Made by a program: the position numbers and the translations under genes | Shown: positions 50,121-59,422 of the stretch, piece by piece | Layout of the letters: each line of letters begins with the position of its first letter | Numbering within the stretch: the stretch's first letter is position 1 | The notes under the pieces: generated by a model | What the model was told of the DNA's origin: nothing | Databases searched by the model: none | The model's input: only the letters and a program-made list of their open reading frames with translations | DNA from: Nitrospinota bacterium | GTDB taxonomy: Bacteria > UBA8248 | Length of the DNA stretch: 64,000 nt | Assembly (NCBI GenBank): GCA_030754595.1 | Contig: JASLZZ010000039.1 | Location: forward strand, 14,795-78,794 | Direction of reading: 5' to 3'

Positions 50121-51341
50121 ATGGAGTGCCCGAATTATTTCTGGCCGTGGTTTTCCGAGGAAGAGTACGAGCGGCGCTACGCCAATATCCGGAAGGGCAT
50201 GGAGGAGAAGGGCCTCGACTGCCTGCTGGTCTACGGGGTGAGCCGGGGGATGGGCATGGAGCCCGGCCAGACGAACCTAGTCTATCTCACCAGCGTCGCC
50301 TCATGGAGCCAGACCTATCTCGTGTTTCCGCTCCACGAGGCGCCCACGATGTTCATCATGAGCGCGAACCAGGTCAAGAACATCCGCGACAACGGCGTCG
50401 TCAAGGATGTGCGCCCCGGCGGTTCTTTCACGCGCACGGGCGGCCTCGGCGAATCGGCTGGGCCGGTGGCGGCCCGTCTCAAGGAGCTCGGTCTCGAAAA
50501 AAAGAAAATTGGCATCGTCGGCGATACGGGATGGCTGAACATCAACCTGCCCCACGAGGCCCATGTCCTCATCACCGGGGCGCTTCCCGAGGCCGAGTTC
50601 GAGGTCGTTACCCGGTGGTACGAGCACTTTCGGCTGGTCAAGAGTGAGGAAGAGATCGCTCGCATGCGGCAGTCGGCGGCCATCACCGACGCCGTCTACG
50701 AGGTCATGGTGGACGCGGCCCGGCCGGGAGTTCGCCCCTGCGACCTTTATAACCTCATGGGCCGCACCGCCCTCGGGATGGACGCGAGGCTGACGCTGGG
50801 GCATGTGGGCCGGACGCCGATGAGCAACCCCGACATGGATTACCCGCACTACTATCCGCTTACGACACCGATCGAAATGGGCGACGTGGTGATGACCGAG
50901 GTGGCGGCCGGGGTCGGCGGCTACTACGGCAAGATTTGGGGGACGTTTTTCATGGGCGACCCTACCCCCGAATACGAAAAACTCTTCAACCTCGGGGTCA
51001 AGACCAGCCACGATCTCCATGCGGCCATCAAGCCCGGGGTGCGGGTCGGGGAGCTCACCTCCCTTTGCCTCGACACCATCCAGAACGCGGGCTACAAGGC
51101 CAAGACCAGCATCACCGGCTGGTCCACCTGGAACGAGCCGCCCGACGTTCGCGGCGCGGGGGACAGCGTGACCGACCCGGATTTTGTTTTTCAGAAAAAT
51201 ACCTGCCTTAGCGTTACGGGCTGGCCCTCGACGGAAGACGAGTCGATGGGCATCTGGCTGGGAGATGTGTGCCTCGTCACGGACGGCGGCGCGGAGAACT
51301 TTCACAAATACCCGATTCGGGAAATTCACGTCGTGAATTGA
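50121..51341 (+). CDS. M24 (creatinase/Xaa-Pro aminopeptidase) fold protein
   Basis: FSEEEYERRY...LDCLLV, RLVKSEEEI, ARPG, GDVV, IKPG, DVCLVTDGGAE. Confidence 0.82.
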   Translation: MECPNYFWPWFSEEEYERRYANIRKGMEEKGLDCLLVYGVSRGMGMEPGQTNLVYLTSVASWSQTYLVFPLHEAPTMFIMSANQVKNIRDNGVVKDVRPGGSFTRTGGLGESAGPVAARLKELGLEKKKIGIVGDTGWLNINLPHEAHVLITGALPEAEFEVVTRWYEHFRLVKSEEEIARMRQSAAITDAVYEVMVDAARPGVRPCDLYNLMGRTALGMDARLTLGHVGRTPMSNPDMDYPHYYPLTTPIEMGDVVMTEVAAGVGGYYGKIWGTFFMGDPTPEYEKLFNLGVKTSHDLHAAIKPGVRVGELTSLCLDTIQNAGYKAKTSITGWSTWNEPPDVRGAGDSVTDPDFVFQKNTCLSVTGWPSTEDESMGIWLGDVCLVTDGGAENFHKYPIREIHVVN

Positions 51342-51360
51342 GGCCGAAGAGTCCGCCCCG

Positions 51361-52380
51361 CTAACCCACCCGCGAAATCTTGAAAAGTTTCAGGGCGTTG
51401 CCCGAGAGGATTTTTTCCTGATCCCCGGGAGATAGGTCCGAGATGCCGGGAGCCTCGCGCGCCGGCCTAAGGTCTCCCATGTCCCAGGGGGCGTCGGTGC
51501 CGTAGAGAATCCGGTCGGCGCCGAGGGTTTTCACGGCGAACTCCAGACAGTCGGCGTTGTGAATAACGGTGTCGTAGAAAAATTTCCCCAGATATTCGTC
51601 GGGTGATTTGGCGCCCTTCGCCTTCGGCTCCTCTCGCACTTCCCAGCCATGCTCCCAGCGGCCCCTGATCCAGGGGGTGAAGCCGCCCAGGTGGGCGAGG
51701 ATGATTTTAATGTCCGGAAACCGATCGAGGACCCCGCCGAACATCAGACAGGCGGCGGCGATGGTGGTGTCGAGCGGGTTCGAGATGAGGTTGGGGAGAT
51801 AGTAGTCCTTCATCCGGTTTTCCCGGCCGATAATGTCGCCCGGATGGATCAGGATTGGAACGTCGAGCGAAACCACCTTGTCCCAGAACACGTCCAGCGC
51901 CGGGTCGTCGAGATTTCGCCCCCGGACGTTCGTGCCGATTTTGACGCCCTTGTGGCCGCGTTTCACAGCGCGCTCGATCTCCCTGGCTGCGGCGTGTGGG
52001 TCCTGCAGGGGGACGGCGGCGATGCAGCTGAACTTGCCGGGATATTTCTCGGCGAGGGCGGCGAGGCCGTCGTTCATCGAGGAAGCGATTTCGGCCGCCA
52101 TCCCGGCCTCAAGGAGATAGAAGGTCATGTAGGTGATCGCCGAGAGAACCTGGTGGTCGATGCCCATCGCTTTCATGTCCGAGAGGCGCAGTTCGGGGTC
52201 GATCGCCTCCCTCGGTATGCGGTTCTGGGACCGGATAACCTGGTTGGAGATTTCGTCCTCCCGGACGAGGGTCTCCCATTTTTCGACCTGCTCGATGCGC
52301 AGGGTGGGGGCGTAGCGGCCGTCGCGTAGCTCTTTCATGATTCCTTCGGGGACGATGTGAGCGTGGTGATCGATGATCAA
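51361..52380 (-). CDS. amidohydrolase_2 family protein (ACMSD-like decarboxylase/hydratase)
   Basis: IDHHAH, VPLQDP, LIHP, GVLDRFP, AHLGG, YGTD.P. Confidence 0.88.
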   Translation of the reverse strand: MIIDHHAHIVPEGIMKELRDGRYAPTLRIEQVEKWETLVREDEISNQVIRSQNRIPREAIDPELRLSDMKAMGIDHQVLSAITYMTFYLLEAGMAAEIASSMNDGLAALAEKYPGKFSCIAAVPLQDPHAAAREIERAVKRGHKGVKIGTNVRGRNLDDPALDVFWDKVVSLDVPILIHPGDIIGRENRMKDYYLPNLISNPLDTTIAAACLMFGGVLDRFPDIKIILAHLGGFTPWIRGRWEHGWEVREEPKAKGAKSPDEYLGKFFYDTVIHNADCLEFAVKTLGADRILYGTDAPWDMGDLRPAREAPGISDLSPGDQEKILSGNALKLFKISRVG

Positions 52381-52419
52381 GGCGATTCCTTTCTAGCGTC
52401 CGGAAGCGGGAGGCGATTG

Positions 52420-53136
52420 TTATGCGGGGGGCCAGATTCGCTTCCCGAGGGTGGGCGAGCCCGGCGCGTGGACGAGGCTCTTCACGGCGTTGCGAGACCT
52501 TTCAATCGTTTCGGTGGTGAAATTTTCCTTGAGCGACTCCAGCGAGATCCATTCGTACATGATCGCGTGCTTGGCCCATCCCGCGACGGAAACCAGGTTG
52601 CGCGCGCCGACGCAGCCCGCCATTTCCTTCAGGCGGGGCATCCGGACCTGGGCGTACCAGGAGCTGAGTTCGTCCTCGTTTTCGCGGGCGTTGATGTTGA
52701 ACGAGCCCACCTGGATGGCGGGTCCGGGGGTGATGCCCGGCGAGCGGGTGGCGGCCTCGTAGCCGTCGATCCGGTTGTGCTCCATGAAGATACAGGAGCG
52801 CTCTCCCCCTCGCCGCCCGGTCATCTCCCGCTCCTCGGCGCCCCATTCCTCGGCGAGCTGGGCCGGGCTGGGGTCGAGGAAGGTGGTCGGAAGCTCCGCC
52901 CCGAAAAGGAGAAGATAGCCGTTTCCAGCGGGGACGCCGGGGTCGCCGGTGTGGGTCAGGACACGGCTCTTGTGGTCTTCGCGCGCCTCGTCCCAGACGT
53001 TCTCGACGTGGGCCGCCCAAAGATAGCCGGGCCGCTCGAGGGCCTTGGGGAGATGAATCTCGTGGAGCCAGGAGAGGTAATCTTCCTTGCCGTCAGCGGG
53101 GAGATCGTACCAGGTTGCCCAAATGCCTCGATCCAT
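52420..53136 (-). CDS. hypothetical protein, probably two EthD/DUF4286-like alpha-beta barrel repeats
   Basis: Internally repeated pattern (YLSWLHEIHLPKALERPG; LSSWYAQVRMPRLKEMAG); RBS AGGAG. Confidence 0.6.
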   Translation of the reverse strand: MDRGIWATWYDLPADGKEDYLSWLHEIHLPKALERPGYLWAAHVENVWDEAREDHKSRVLTHTGDPGVPAGNGYLLLFGAELPTTFLDPSPAQLAEEWGAEEREMTGRRGGERSCIFMEHNRIDGYEAATRSPGITPGPAIQVGSFNINARENEDELSSWYAQVRMPRLKEMAGCVGARNLVSVAGWAKHAIMYEWISLESLKENFTTETIERSRNAVKSLVHAPGSPTLGKRIWPPA

Positions 53137-53367
53137 CGTTGGTCTCCTTCATGAAATCCGGATTTCAGGGGCCTATATTTAATTAGGTTCCCGATGCGCG
53201 CCGGCGAGGCAGCCGGATAAATCCCTTGAAACCGTGTTGCGTTTTTCGGCGTCCGACCGGAGAGGGTCGAGGGAAAACGCCTTCGCCCGGAGTGTTTCTG
53301 GTTGGCCTCTTATCCTTTATGATGACGGTATAAGAAGATCCCGATGAATTAATGAGGACCCGAGGCC

Positions 53368-54543
53368 TTGTACACAGCGACCGATGGAATCACGCTTCCC
53401 TCAACCATCGCCGGCTCGTTGCCGCGCCCCGGCTGGTTCACCGGAAACCTCGCCGGCCGCCCGTTTCGGGCGGCGATGGTGGACCGGACCTTCCGCGAGC
53501 AGTACCTCGATGCGGTTTCGGCCTTCATCCGCGATCAGGAGCGCGCGGGCATCGATATCGTCACCGACGGCGACGCGCGGTTCGACAACGACGTGGGCGG
53601 GCGCTCCTGGATCAGCTACGTGATGGAGCGCCTCGACGGCGTATCCGACTACCATTCCATCCAATATAAATATCCGCAAAGGAACACTCAAGCGACGGGC
53701 AGCATTCTCTTCGAGGTCCATAACTCGAGGATGCTTCCCATCGTGACGGGAAAGATAGGCCCCGGCCACATCGAGCTCCCACAACTCTGGCGCTGCGCCC
53801 AGCAGATGACGGCGAAGCCGGTCGAAATCGGGATAGCGAGCCCGGAGCAGATCGGAAGAATGCTCCCCAACGTTCACTACGAGGATCGAAAAGAGCTCGT
53901 CGCCGAGTTGTCCGACATCATGAATGCGGAGTTTCACTGGCTCGCCGACGCGAGCGCCGCCGTATTCCAGGTCGAGGAGCCCTGGACCCACCGGTTGGAC
54001 TACAATGCCCCCGGCTCCGAGGTCGCCGCGGAGGAGAGCGTCGCGCTATTCAACCGGAGCGTACGGGGCCTGCGCGGTAAACTCGTGCTTTGGTGCCACA
54101 CGAGCTGGGGAAACCCCGCCCAGCAGATCGGAGGCGGCTCCGGGAACGGCTATGGCCCGGCCCTCGGGTACATGAGCGAGTTGTACGTGGACGTTCTCAC
54201 CTTCGAGTGCGCGAGCACGGGAGGGGCCGATCTCGGAGAGATCGCCGGGAAAATCACGAAACCCAAGATCGGAATCGGCGCCGTTGACTCCCGGACGCTT
54301 CAGGTGGAGCGGCCCGAGGAGGTGGCCGCCCTGATTCGCAGAGGGCTTGATGTGATTCCCGCCGATCGCCTGTGCATAACGACCGACAGTGGCTTTGGCC
54401 GCGAGGGGATGGGCCGGAGACACGCTTTTTATAAGATGACCGCCCTCGTCTGGGGGGCGAACATCGTCCGCCGGGAGCTGGGGGCTCCCGAAGCCTATGT
54501 ATCGGCGGCGGACGCCCGTTTCGCCATCGTGAACGGTGAGTGA
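53368..54543 (+). CDS. cobalamin-independent methionine synthase II (MetE C-terminal core) family protein
   Basis: GSLPRP, DQERAGIDIVTDGD, QVEEP, HTSWGN, FEC, VERPEEVA, DSGFGR. Confidence 0.85.
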   Translation: MYTATDGITLPSTIAGSLPRPGWFTGNLAGRPFRAAMVDRTFREQYLDAVSAFIRDQERAGIDIVTDGDARFDNDVGGRSWISYVMERLDGVSDYHSIQYKYPQRNTQATGSILFEVHNSRMLPIVTGKIGPGHIELPQLWRCAQQMTAKPVEIGIASPEQIGRMLPNVHYEDRKELVAELSDIMNAEFHWLADASAAVFQVEEPWTHRLDYNAPGSEVAAEESVALFNRSVRGLRGKLVLWCHTSWGNPAQQIGGGSGNGYGPALGYMSELYVDVLTFECASTGGADLGEIAGKITKPKIGIGAVDSRTLQVERPEEVAALIRRGLDVIPADRLCITTDSGFGREGMGRRHAFYKMTALVWGANIVRRELGAPEAYVSAADARFAIVNGE

Positions 54544-54613
54544 GGCGCCGCCGCGCCGCTGTTTTCTCCCCCTTTTGGGCTCCCGCTGTTCATCTTTTTT
54601 GAAGGGAAGTTTT

Positions 54614-54997
54614 ATGGCCAAGGTACTGAGCGTGAAAAATATTCCCACCGAATTGAAGTACGAGCCGGGTTTCGAACTTAAATTCGGAATCACTGACGAG
54701 ACCACCGGCATCGAGACCGCCACCCTCGCCAGGACCCACTTTCCCGCCGGAAGCAAGAGCAAGCGCCACTACCATACCGAGGGGGATCTCATCTGGTACT
54801 GCATATCGGGGACGGCTGTTTGGTATATCGGGGAGGAGCAGGAGGAGATGGTGACCGAACCGGGAGATTTTATGTTCATCCCGAGAAACGAGATCCACTG
54901 CACCGCCGTACCGAGCCAGACGGAGCCCGTCGAGGGGGTCGGCGGATACGGGGGTTGCTCGAACCCCTACAAGAGCGGAAAGGTTTTCGTTGATTAG
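54614..54997 (+). CDS. cupin domain protein
   Basis: RHYH..., PGDFMFIPRNEIH; RBS AAGGGA. Confidence 0.82.
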   Translation: MAKVLSVKNIPTELKYEPGFELKFGITDETTGIETATLARTHFPAGSKSKRHYHTEGDLIWYCISGTAVWYIGEEQEEMVTEPGDFMFIPRNEIHCTAVPSQTEPVEGVGGYGGCSNPYKSGKVFVD

Positions 54998-55039
54998 CCC
55001 CGGCGTGGGTTAGCTCCAGCGTGGATTAGCCCCGGCGCA
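54992..55039. repeat. three imperfect 16-bp tandem repeats spanning the cupin stop codon
   Basis: GATTAGCCCCGGCGTG / GGTTAGCTCCAGCGTG / GATTAGCCCCGGCGCA. Confidence 0.8.
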
Positions 55040-55086
55040 CCGAAGTTTCTGAAAATTCAGCCGGGGGAGAGGTCTCTTGCGGCGGA

Positions 55087-55596
55087 TTAGTTCCGGAGGG
55101 CGTTCTCCCACCGGCCGCTCGGCAGGCGGCAGGCGGTGTCGATCCCGCGCCGGGTATAGATTCCGGCCCGGAGGGTTTGTTCGTACTCCCGGCAGAACTG
55201 CCCGATCGCGTTCTTGAAAGCGGGTTTCGCCACCACCGCGCCCCTGATTCCCGTCCGGGGATTCGACCATTTCACCTGGGTCCATGACCGCACTTTTTCG
55301 AGCGCATATTGCGTGTTTTCGGAGAGAAGGAAGCGGTCGCTGTCTTCCAAGTAAATCGACGGCGAATGGCTGTAGCCGCCGTAATGGTGGGAATCGGGGT
55401 AGTGATCGTGGGAGTGATGGCGGTGTCCGAGCAGATAGGGGCTCAGGAGGAGAAAATGTAAGCCGATGCCAAAGCGGTGCCTTCGCCTGGCTTCGGCCTC
55501 GCCGCCATGAAAAATGACGGAAAACGCCGCCGCGAGGGCCGCCACAACCAGGATTTTCCTTGTCGCCCCGAGTCCACTCATTTGGTTGGACCCCAT
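55087..55596 (-). CDS. secreted protein with RT0821/Lpp0805 (17-kDa surface antigen-like) C-terminal domain and His-rich linker
   Basis: Signal-like ILVVAALAAAF...AEA, His-rich segment, W.NP.TG..G, CREY, ACR..GRW. Confidence 0.75.
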   Translation of the reverse strand: MGSNQMSGLGATRKILVVAALAAAFSVIFHGGEAEARRRHRFGIGLHFLLLSPYLLGHRHHSHDHYPDSHHYGGYSHSPSIYLEDSDRFLLSENTQYALEKVRSWTQVKWSNPRTGIRGAVVAKPAFKNAIGQFCREYEQTLRAGIYTRRGIDTACRLPSGRWENALRN

Positions 55597-55729
55597 AACG
55601 AATTCACCGGGAAGTCTCGCACTCCAGCCTGTACATAGATTAACAAAAAAACGGGAAATTTGGTAGGAAATGATATCGCTAAAAAGATGAAATGGCGAGG
55701 CGGGGCGCTTCCGGTGAGAGCCGAGAGGC

Positions 55730-56060
55730 CTAGAACTCCTCTTCTTCTTCAGATTCGGGGAATGCCTCATCCATCGCACTCAAAAAACTGCTTTTCTGAT
55801 CATCGGGGACATTGAGGGAAAATCCCATGTTCCAGGTGGGTGGGTCGTTGCCGTTCTCCGACCGCCATGCCAAACTCGCTTGGCAGCCCATGAAAAACTT
55901 TCCGCTAACCTCGATTGAGCACTCAATCTTCTCGCCCACATTGAACAATCGCGGGGATTCCACCATGAAACCGCCGACGCTGACGTCCCGGGGCGAGAGG
56001 AGAACATCCGAGATGGGCGAGGCTCCGCGAGGCGAACGAACACTTCAAGATTCCGAAAAA
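55730..56060 (-). pseudogene. PilZ-like domain gene, frameshifted near its 5' end
   Basis: The frame upstream of track ORF 55730..55966 reads SDVLLSPRDVSVGGFMV (DxSxxG motif) but hits TGA with no start; a plausible N-terminus RNLEVFVRL lies in another frame. Confidence 0.5.
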
Positions 56061-56262
56061 ACCCGAGCCCGAGCCGGAAGTCTAGCCCGGGAAGAGGCCG
56101 TCCGCCGGAGGTCTCCATCCCCTCGGCGGCTTGCCGGTGATTTGCCCACCAGTGTAATCTGATTACATCGAAATCGAGTTTGACGGGCATTCCAGCGGCC
56201 CCATCGGCCGCACCGGGGGGCTGTCCGCAAATCCCGGAATGCGGCGTCAGTGCGCCCCGCCC

Positions 56263-56495
56263 CTATTCCCTTGGAGGTTCGATCAACTCGATCATGGCGC
56301 CAACGGAGCCCAGGTCGAATGCAACTCGGTTGCCGGTGTCGCCCGTGAAAAAAGGTTGGGCGAGTTCGCCGCCCTCCTCCCCGATTCGTTCGAGTAGTTC
56401 GTCGAGATCATCGACGATGAACCCGATGTGGTGGATGCCGAGGGGTCTGCTTTCCTCGGGCGCGGCGAAGAAAATGATAGTAATCAGGCGAATTT
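56263..56495 (-). pseudogene. 5'-truncated VOC/glyoxalase (methylmalonyl-CoA epimerase-like) gene fragment
   Basis: ...PEESRPLGIHHIGFIVDDLDELLERI...VAFD...MIELIEPPRE*; no standard start codon, in-frame TAA upstream. Confidence 0.7.
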
Positions 56496-56542
56496 CTTAA
56501 CCGGAATTTTTTCATTCCAGATCATAACGAGGAGACGGAACG

Positions 56543-57436
56543 ATGGCGGAGCGAGTGGGAATTGCCGGAATCGGTCTCATGGGGTCGGCTCTTTCGGCGC
56601 ATCTCATAGAGGCGGGTTTCGAGGTCCAGGGGTTTGATGTGGACGGAAAACGGGTGGACGAGTTCGCAGAGCGTGGCGGCATCCCCGTGGATTCGCCGGC
56701 GGCGGCGGCCAAGGGCTCGCGCTGGATGGTCACCTCGCTCCCCACGAGCGACATCGTGCGCGAGGTGGTGTTCGGGGAGGGCGGCATCGTGGAGACGGCG
56801 GAGGAGGGAATGATCCTCGCGGACGCGACGACCTCGCGGCCCGAGGATTCCGAGCGGCTCGGGGCCGAGCTCACCGAGCGAGGGATCCGGTTTCTCGACG
56901 CCGCCGTGAGCGGCACCAGCGTCATGGCCTGGGAGAAGGACCTCATCATTATCGCCGGCGGCGAGAAGGAGGATTTCGACGCCTGCCGCCCCTATTTCAA
57001 AGCCATAAGCCGCGCGGCCTACCACATGGGCCCCGTCGGCTCGGGTGCGGTGAGCAAGCTCATCATCAACCTCATCCTCGCCGGAAACCGCCTCGCGCTG
57101 GCCGAGGGGCTGACGCTCGGGACTAAAGCGGGGATGGAGATGAACAACCTGCTCACCGTGCTTCAGGACGCCGCCTGCAGCTCGAAGACGATGATCGACA
57201 AGGGCCCCAAGATGGTCAACGCCGAGTATTCGCCCGAGGGGCTGGTGCGCATTTCGCTTAAGGACTCGCGTCTCATGCTCGAGCAAGGCCAGCGCTTCGG
57301 CTCGCCGATGATGCTGACGAGCGTGTGGTCCCAGGTGGCGCAAGCCGCCTATAACCAGGGGCTCGCGGAAAAGGACTCGGTCGCTTTCTACGAGGTGCTT
57401 CGCGGAATGGCGGGCCTGGAGAAGCGGATCGATTAA
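56543..57436 (+). CDS. 3-hydroxyisobutyrate dehydrogenase (beta-hydroxyacid dehydrogenase) family protein
   Basis: GIAGIGLMG, FLDAAVSG, GPVGSG...KLIIN, KD. Confidence 0.9.
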   Translation: MAERVGIAGIGLMGSALSAHLIEAGFEVQGFDVDGKRVDEFAERGGIPVDSPAAAAKGSRWMVTSLPTSDIVREVVFGEGGIVETAEEGMILADATTSRPEDSERLGAELTERGIRFLDAAVSGTSVMAWEKDLIIIAGGEKEDFDACRPYFKAISRAAYHMGPVGSGAVSKLIINLILAGNRLALAEGLTLGTKAGMEMNNLLTVLQDAACSSKTMIDKGPKMVNAEYSPEGLVRISLKDSRLMLEQGQRFGSPMMLTSVWSQVAQAAYNQGLAEKDSVAFYEVLRGMAGLEKRID

Positions 57437-57448
57437 TAGGAGGGGCCG

Positions 57449-58211
57449 GTGAGCGATTCTGTGATCGGTTTCGAAGGGCAGAGCGTCATTGTCACGGGGG
57501 GGAGCGACTGGGATCGGCGAGTCGTGCGCCCATCTGTTCGCCGGGCGGGGCGCGTCGGTAACGGTGATGGATTTCGACGCCCGAGGAGCGGAGCGGGTGG
57601 CCGGCGAGGTGCAGGCCGAGGGCGGGGACGCGGCCGCCTCGATCGTCGATCTCACCGACTACGGGGCCACCCGGGAAGCCGTCGAGGGCGTCTGCGGCCG
57701 CACCGGGCGCCTCGATGTCCTGGTTCACAGCGCCGGGGGCTTTCCGCGCTACATCAGTCTCATCGATATGCCGGTCGAGGACTGGGACGGCGTTGTGAAC
57801 AACAATCTCAAGTCGATTTTTCACCTGCTCAAGGCTGCGGCGCCGTTGATGATCGAGGGGGGCTACGGCCGCATCGTCACGCTCTCGAGCGCGGTGGCCC
57901 GGTCGAGCAACCATTCGCCCCACTACACCTCGGCGAAAACCGGCGTCCTCGGCCTGACGCGGCAGGCGGCGCGCGAGCTCGGCCCCCACGGCATCACGGT
58001 GAACGCGGTGGCGCCCGCGAGCGTGAACACCCCCCGGACGATGGGCATGCGGACCGAGGCCCAGACCGAGAACATCCGGCGGATTACCCCCCTCGGACGA
58101 ATGTGCGAGCCCGAGGAGATCGCCTGGCCCATCGTTTTTTTGTGCAGCCGTGAGGCGGGGTATATCACCGGGGTCACCCTCGACATCAACGGCGGCTCGA
58201 CAATGGTTTGA
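57449..58211 (+). pseudogene. SDR family oxidoreductase with +1 frameshift in a G7 run (57496-57502)
   Basis: MSDSVIGFEGQSVIVTG joins GATGIG (TGxxxGIG) if one G is removed; YTSAK (YxxxK), VNAVAP, ITG..L.INGG. Confidence 0.85.
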
Positions 58212-58260
58212 GAGAAGACGCCGGGCGCACTTCGGTTTCTCTGTCATTCGAGGTTTATCG

Positions 58261-59253
58261 GTGCTCTACCGGACGCTGGGAAGTACGGGCCTGAAGGTCT
58301 CGGAAATCGCTTTCGGCTGTGGATCGGTCGGCGGGCTGATGACGGACAACGACCGGACGGACGAGCATCTCGAGGTCATCCGCCGGGCGCTGGAGCGGTG
58401 ATTTACGCATTTCGACACCGCCTACTCCTACGGCGACGGGAAGTCCGAGGCCAATCTGGGCCGGGTGCTCGGGGAACTCGGCCCCGAGATCACGCTTTCG
58501 ACCAAGGTGCGGCTTGGCCCCGAGCGCCCGCTGGACCTGAAGGCGGCCACCATCGACTCCGTGGAGCGGAGCCTCGAGCGCCTGCGGAGGGACTCGGTGG
58601 ACATCATCCAGCTCCACGATCACGTCGCTCCGGCTGACGGGGATTGGCCTCATTTCTCGCTGAGCCCAGGCGATGTTCTCGGGCCGGGGGGCGTCGTGGA
58701 GGGTTTCGAGGAGCTAAGGGAGCGCGGGAGGGTCCGCTTTTTCGGCTTCACCGGGCTGGGCCAATCGGACTCGCTCCACGAACTCGTTGAAAGCGAAAGG
58801 TTTCACACCGTTCAGGTCTATTTTAACTTGCTCAACCCCACCGCGGCCTATTCCGCTCCCGAGGGATTCAAGGCCCAGGACTTCGGCCTGTTGCTCAACA
58901 AGGCGGCGGGGCGGGGGATGGGTACGTTCGCGATCCGGGTGCTCGCCCGGGGTGCGCTGACGCCATCCCCCCGGACCGGGGAGAAGGAGCCCCGCGCTCT
59001 CTCCCCGGGTTCAGGATATTTTCGCGACATCGAAAGGGCCCGAAAGCTGGATTGGCCGTCCGAAGAGGCGGGCGGCCCGATTAATCAAGCGGCTTTCCGG
59101 TTCGCCCTGATGCGGCCCGAGTTTTCGACGGTTCTCGCCGGTTGCGCCAATGTCGGGGAGGTTGACGAGACCGCGGCCTGCTCCGGCACCTCCGGGCTTT
59201 CGGATGAGGCCCTCGCCCTCCTGAAAGCACTATGGAAAAGCGATTTTGCCTAG
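58261..59253 (+). pseudogene. aldo/keto reductase with in-frame TGA (58399-58401)
   Basis: YRTLGSTGLKVSEIAFGC...RALER*FTHFDTAYSYG..SE, STK, SLERL..D.VDIIQLH in one frame. Confidence 0.87.
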
Positions 59254-59364
59254 AAGTCATTTCATAACCCATTTCCGAGGTTTCCACCCCTGTGAGAAGG
59301 CCGATAAAATCAAGGCCTTTGACGGACGAAGATTCCGCGAAAGAGGTTATGAAATGACCTCTAG
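59250..59364. mobile_element. MITE (non-autonomous IS5-family derivative) flanked by CTAG
   Basis: Terminal inverted repeats CTAGAAGTCATTTCATAACC / GGTTATGAAATGACCTCTAG (1 mismatch in 20); 59250-59270 is identical to the IS end at 63860-63880. Confidence 0.9.
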
Positions 59365-59422
59365 ATGATTTTTTTTCAATACGCCGGGCCCGGCACGGGC
59401 GGGCGGAAAAGGAGGAAATATT

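Noticed and set aside
54992..55039. CRISPR-like repeat
   Set aside because: 16-bp units abut with no spacers, and no cas genes are in the window.
28311..58401. Alternative genetic code (UGA=Gly), selenocysteine or pyrrolysine explaining the in-frame stops
   Set aside because: Many intact genes here end at TGA or TAG at their expected C-termini, the stops are not at Cys positions, and frameshifts co-occur (PPC has both), so decay or sequence error is simpler.
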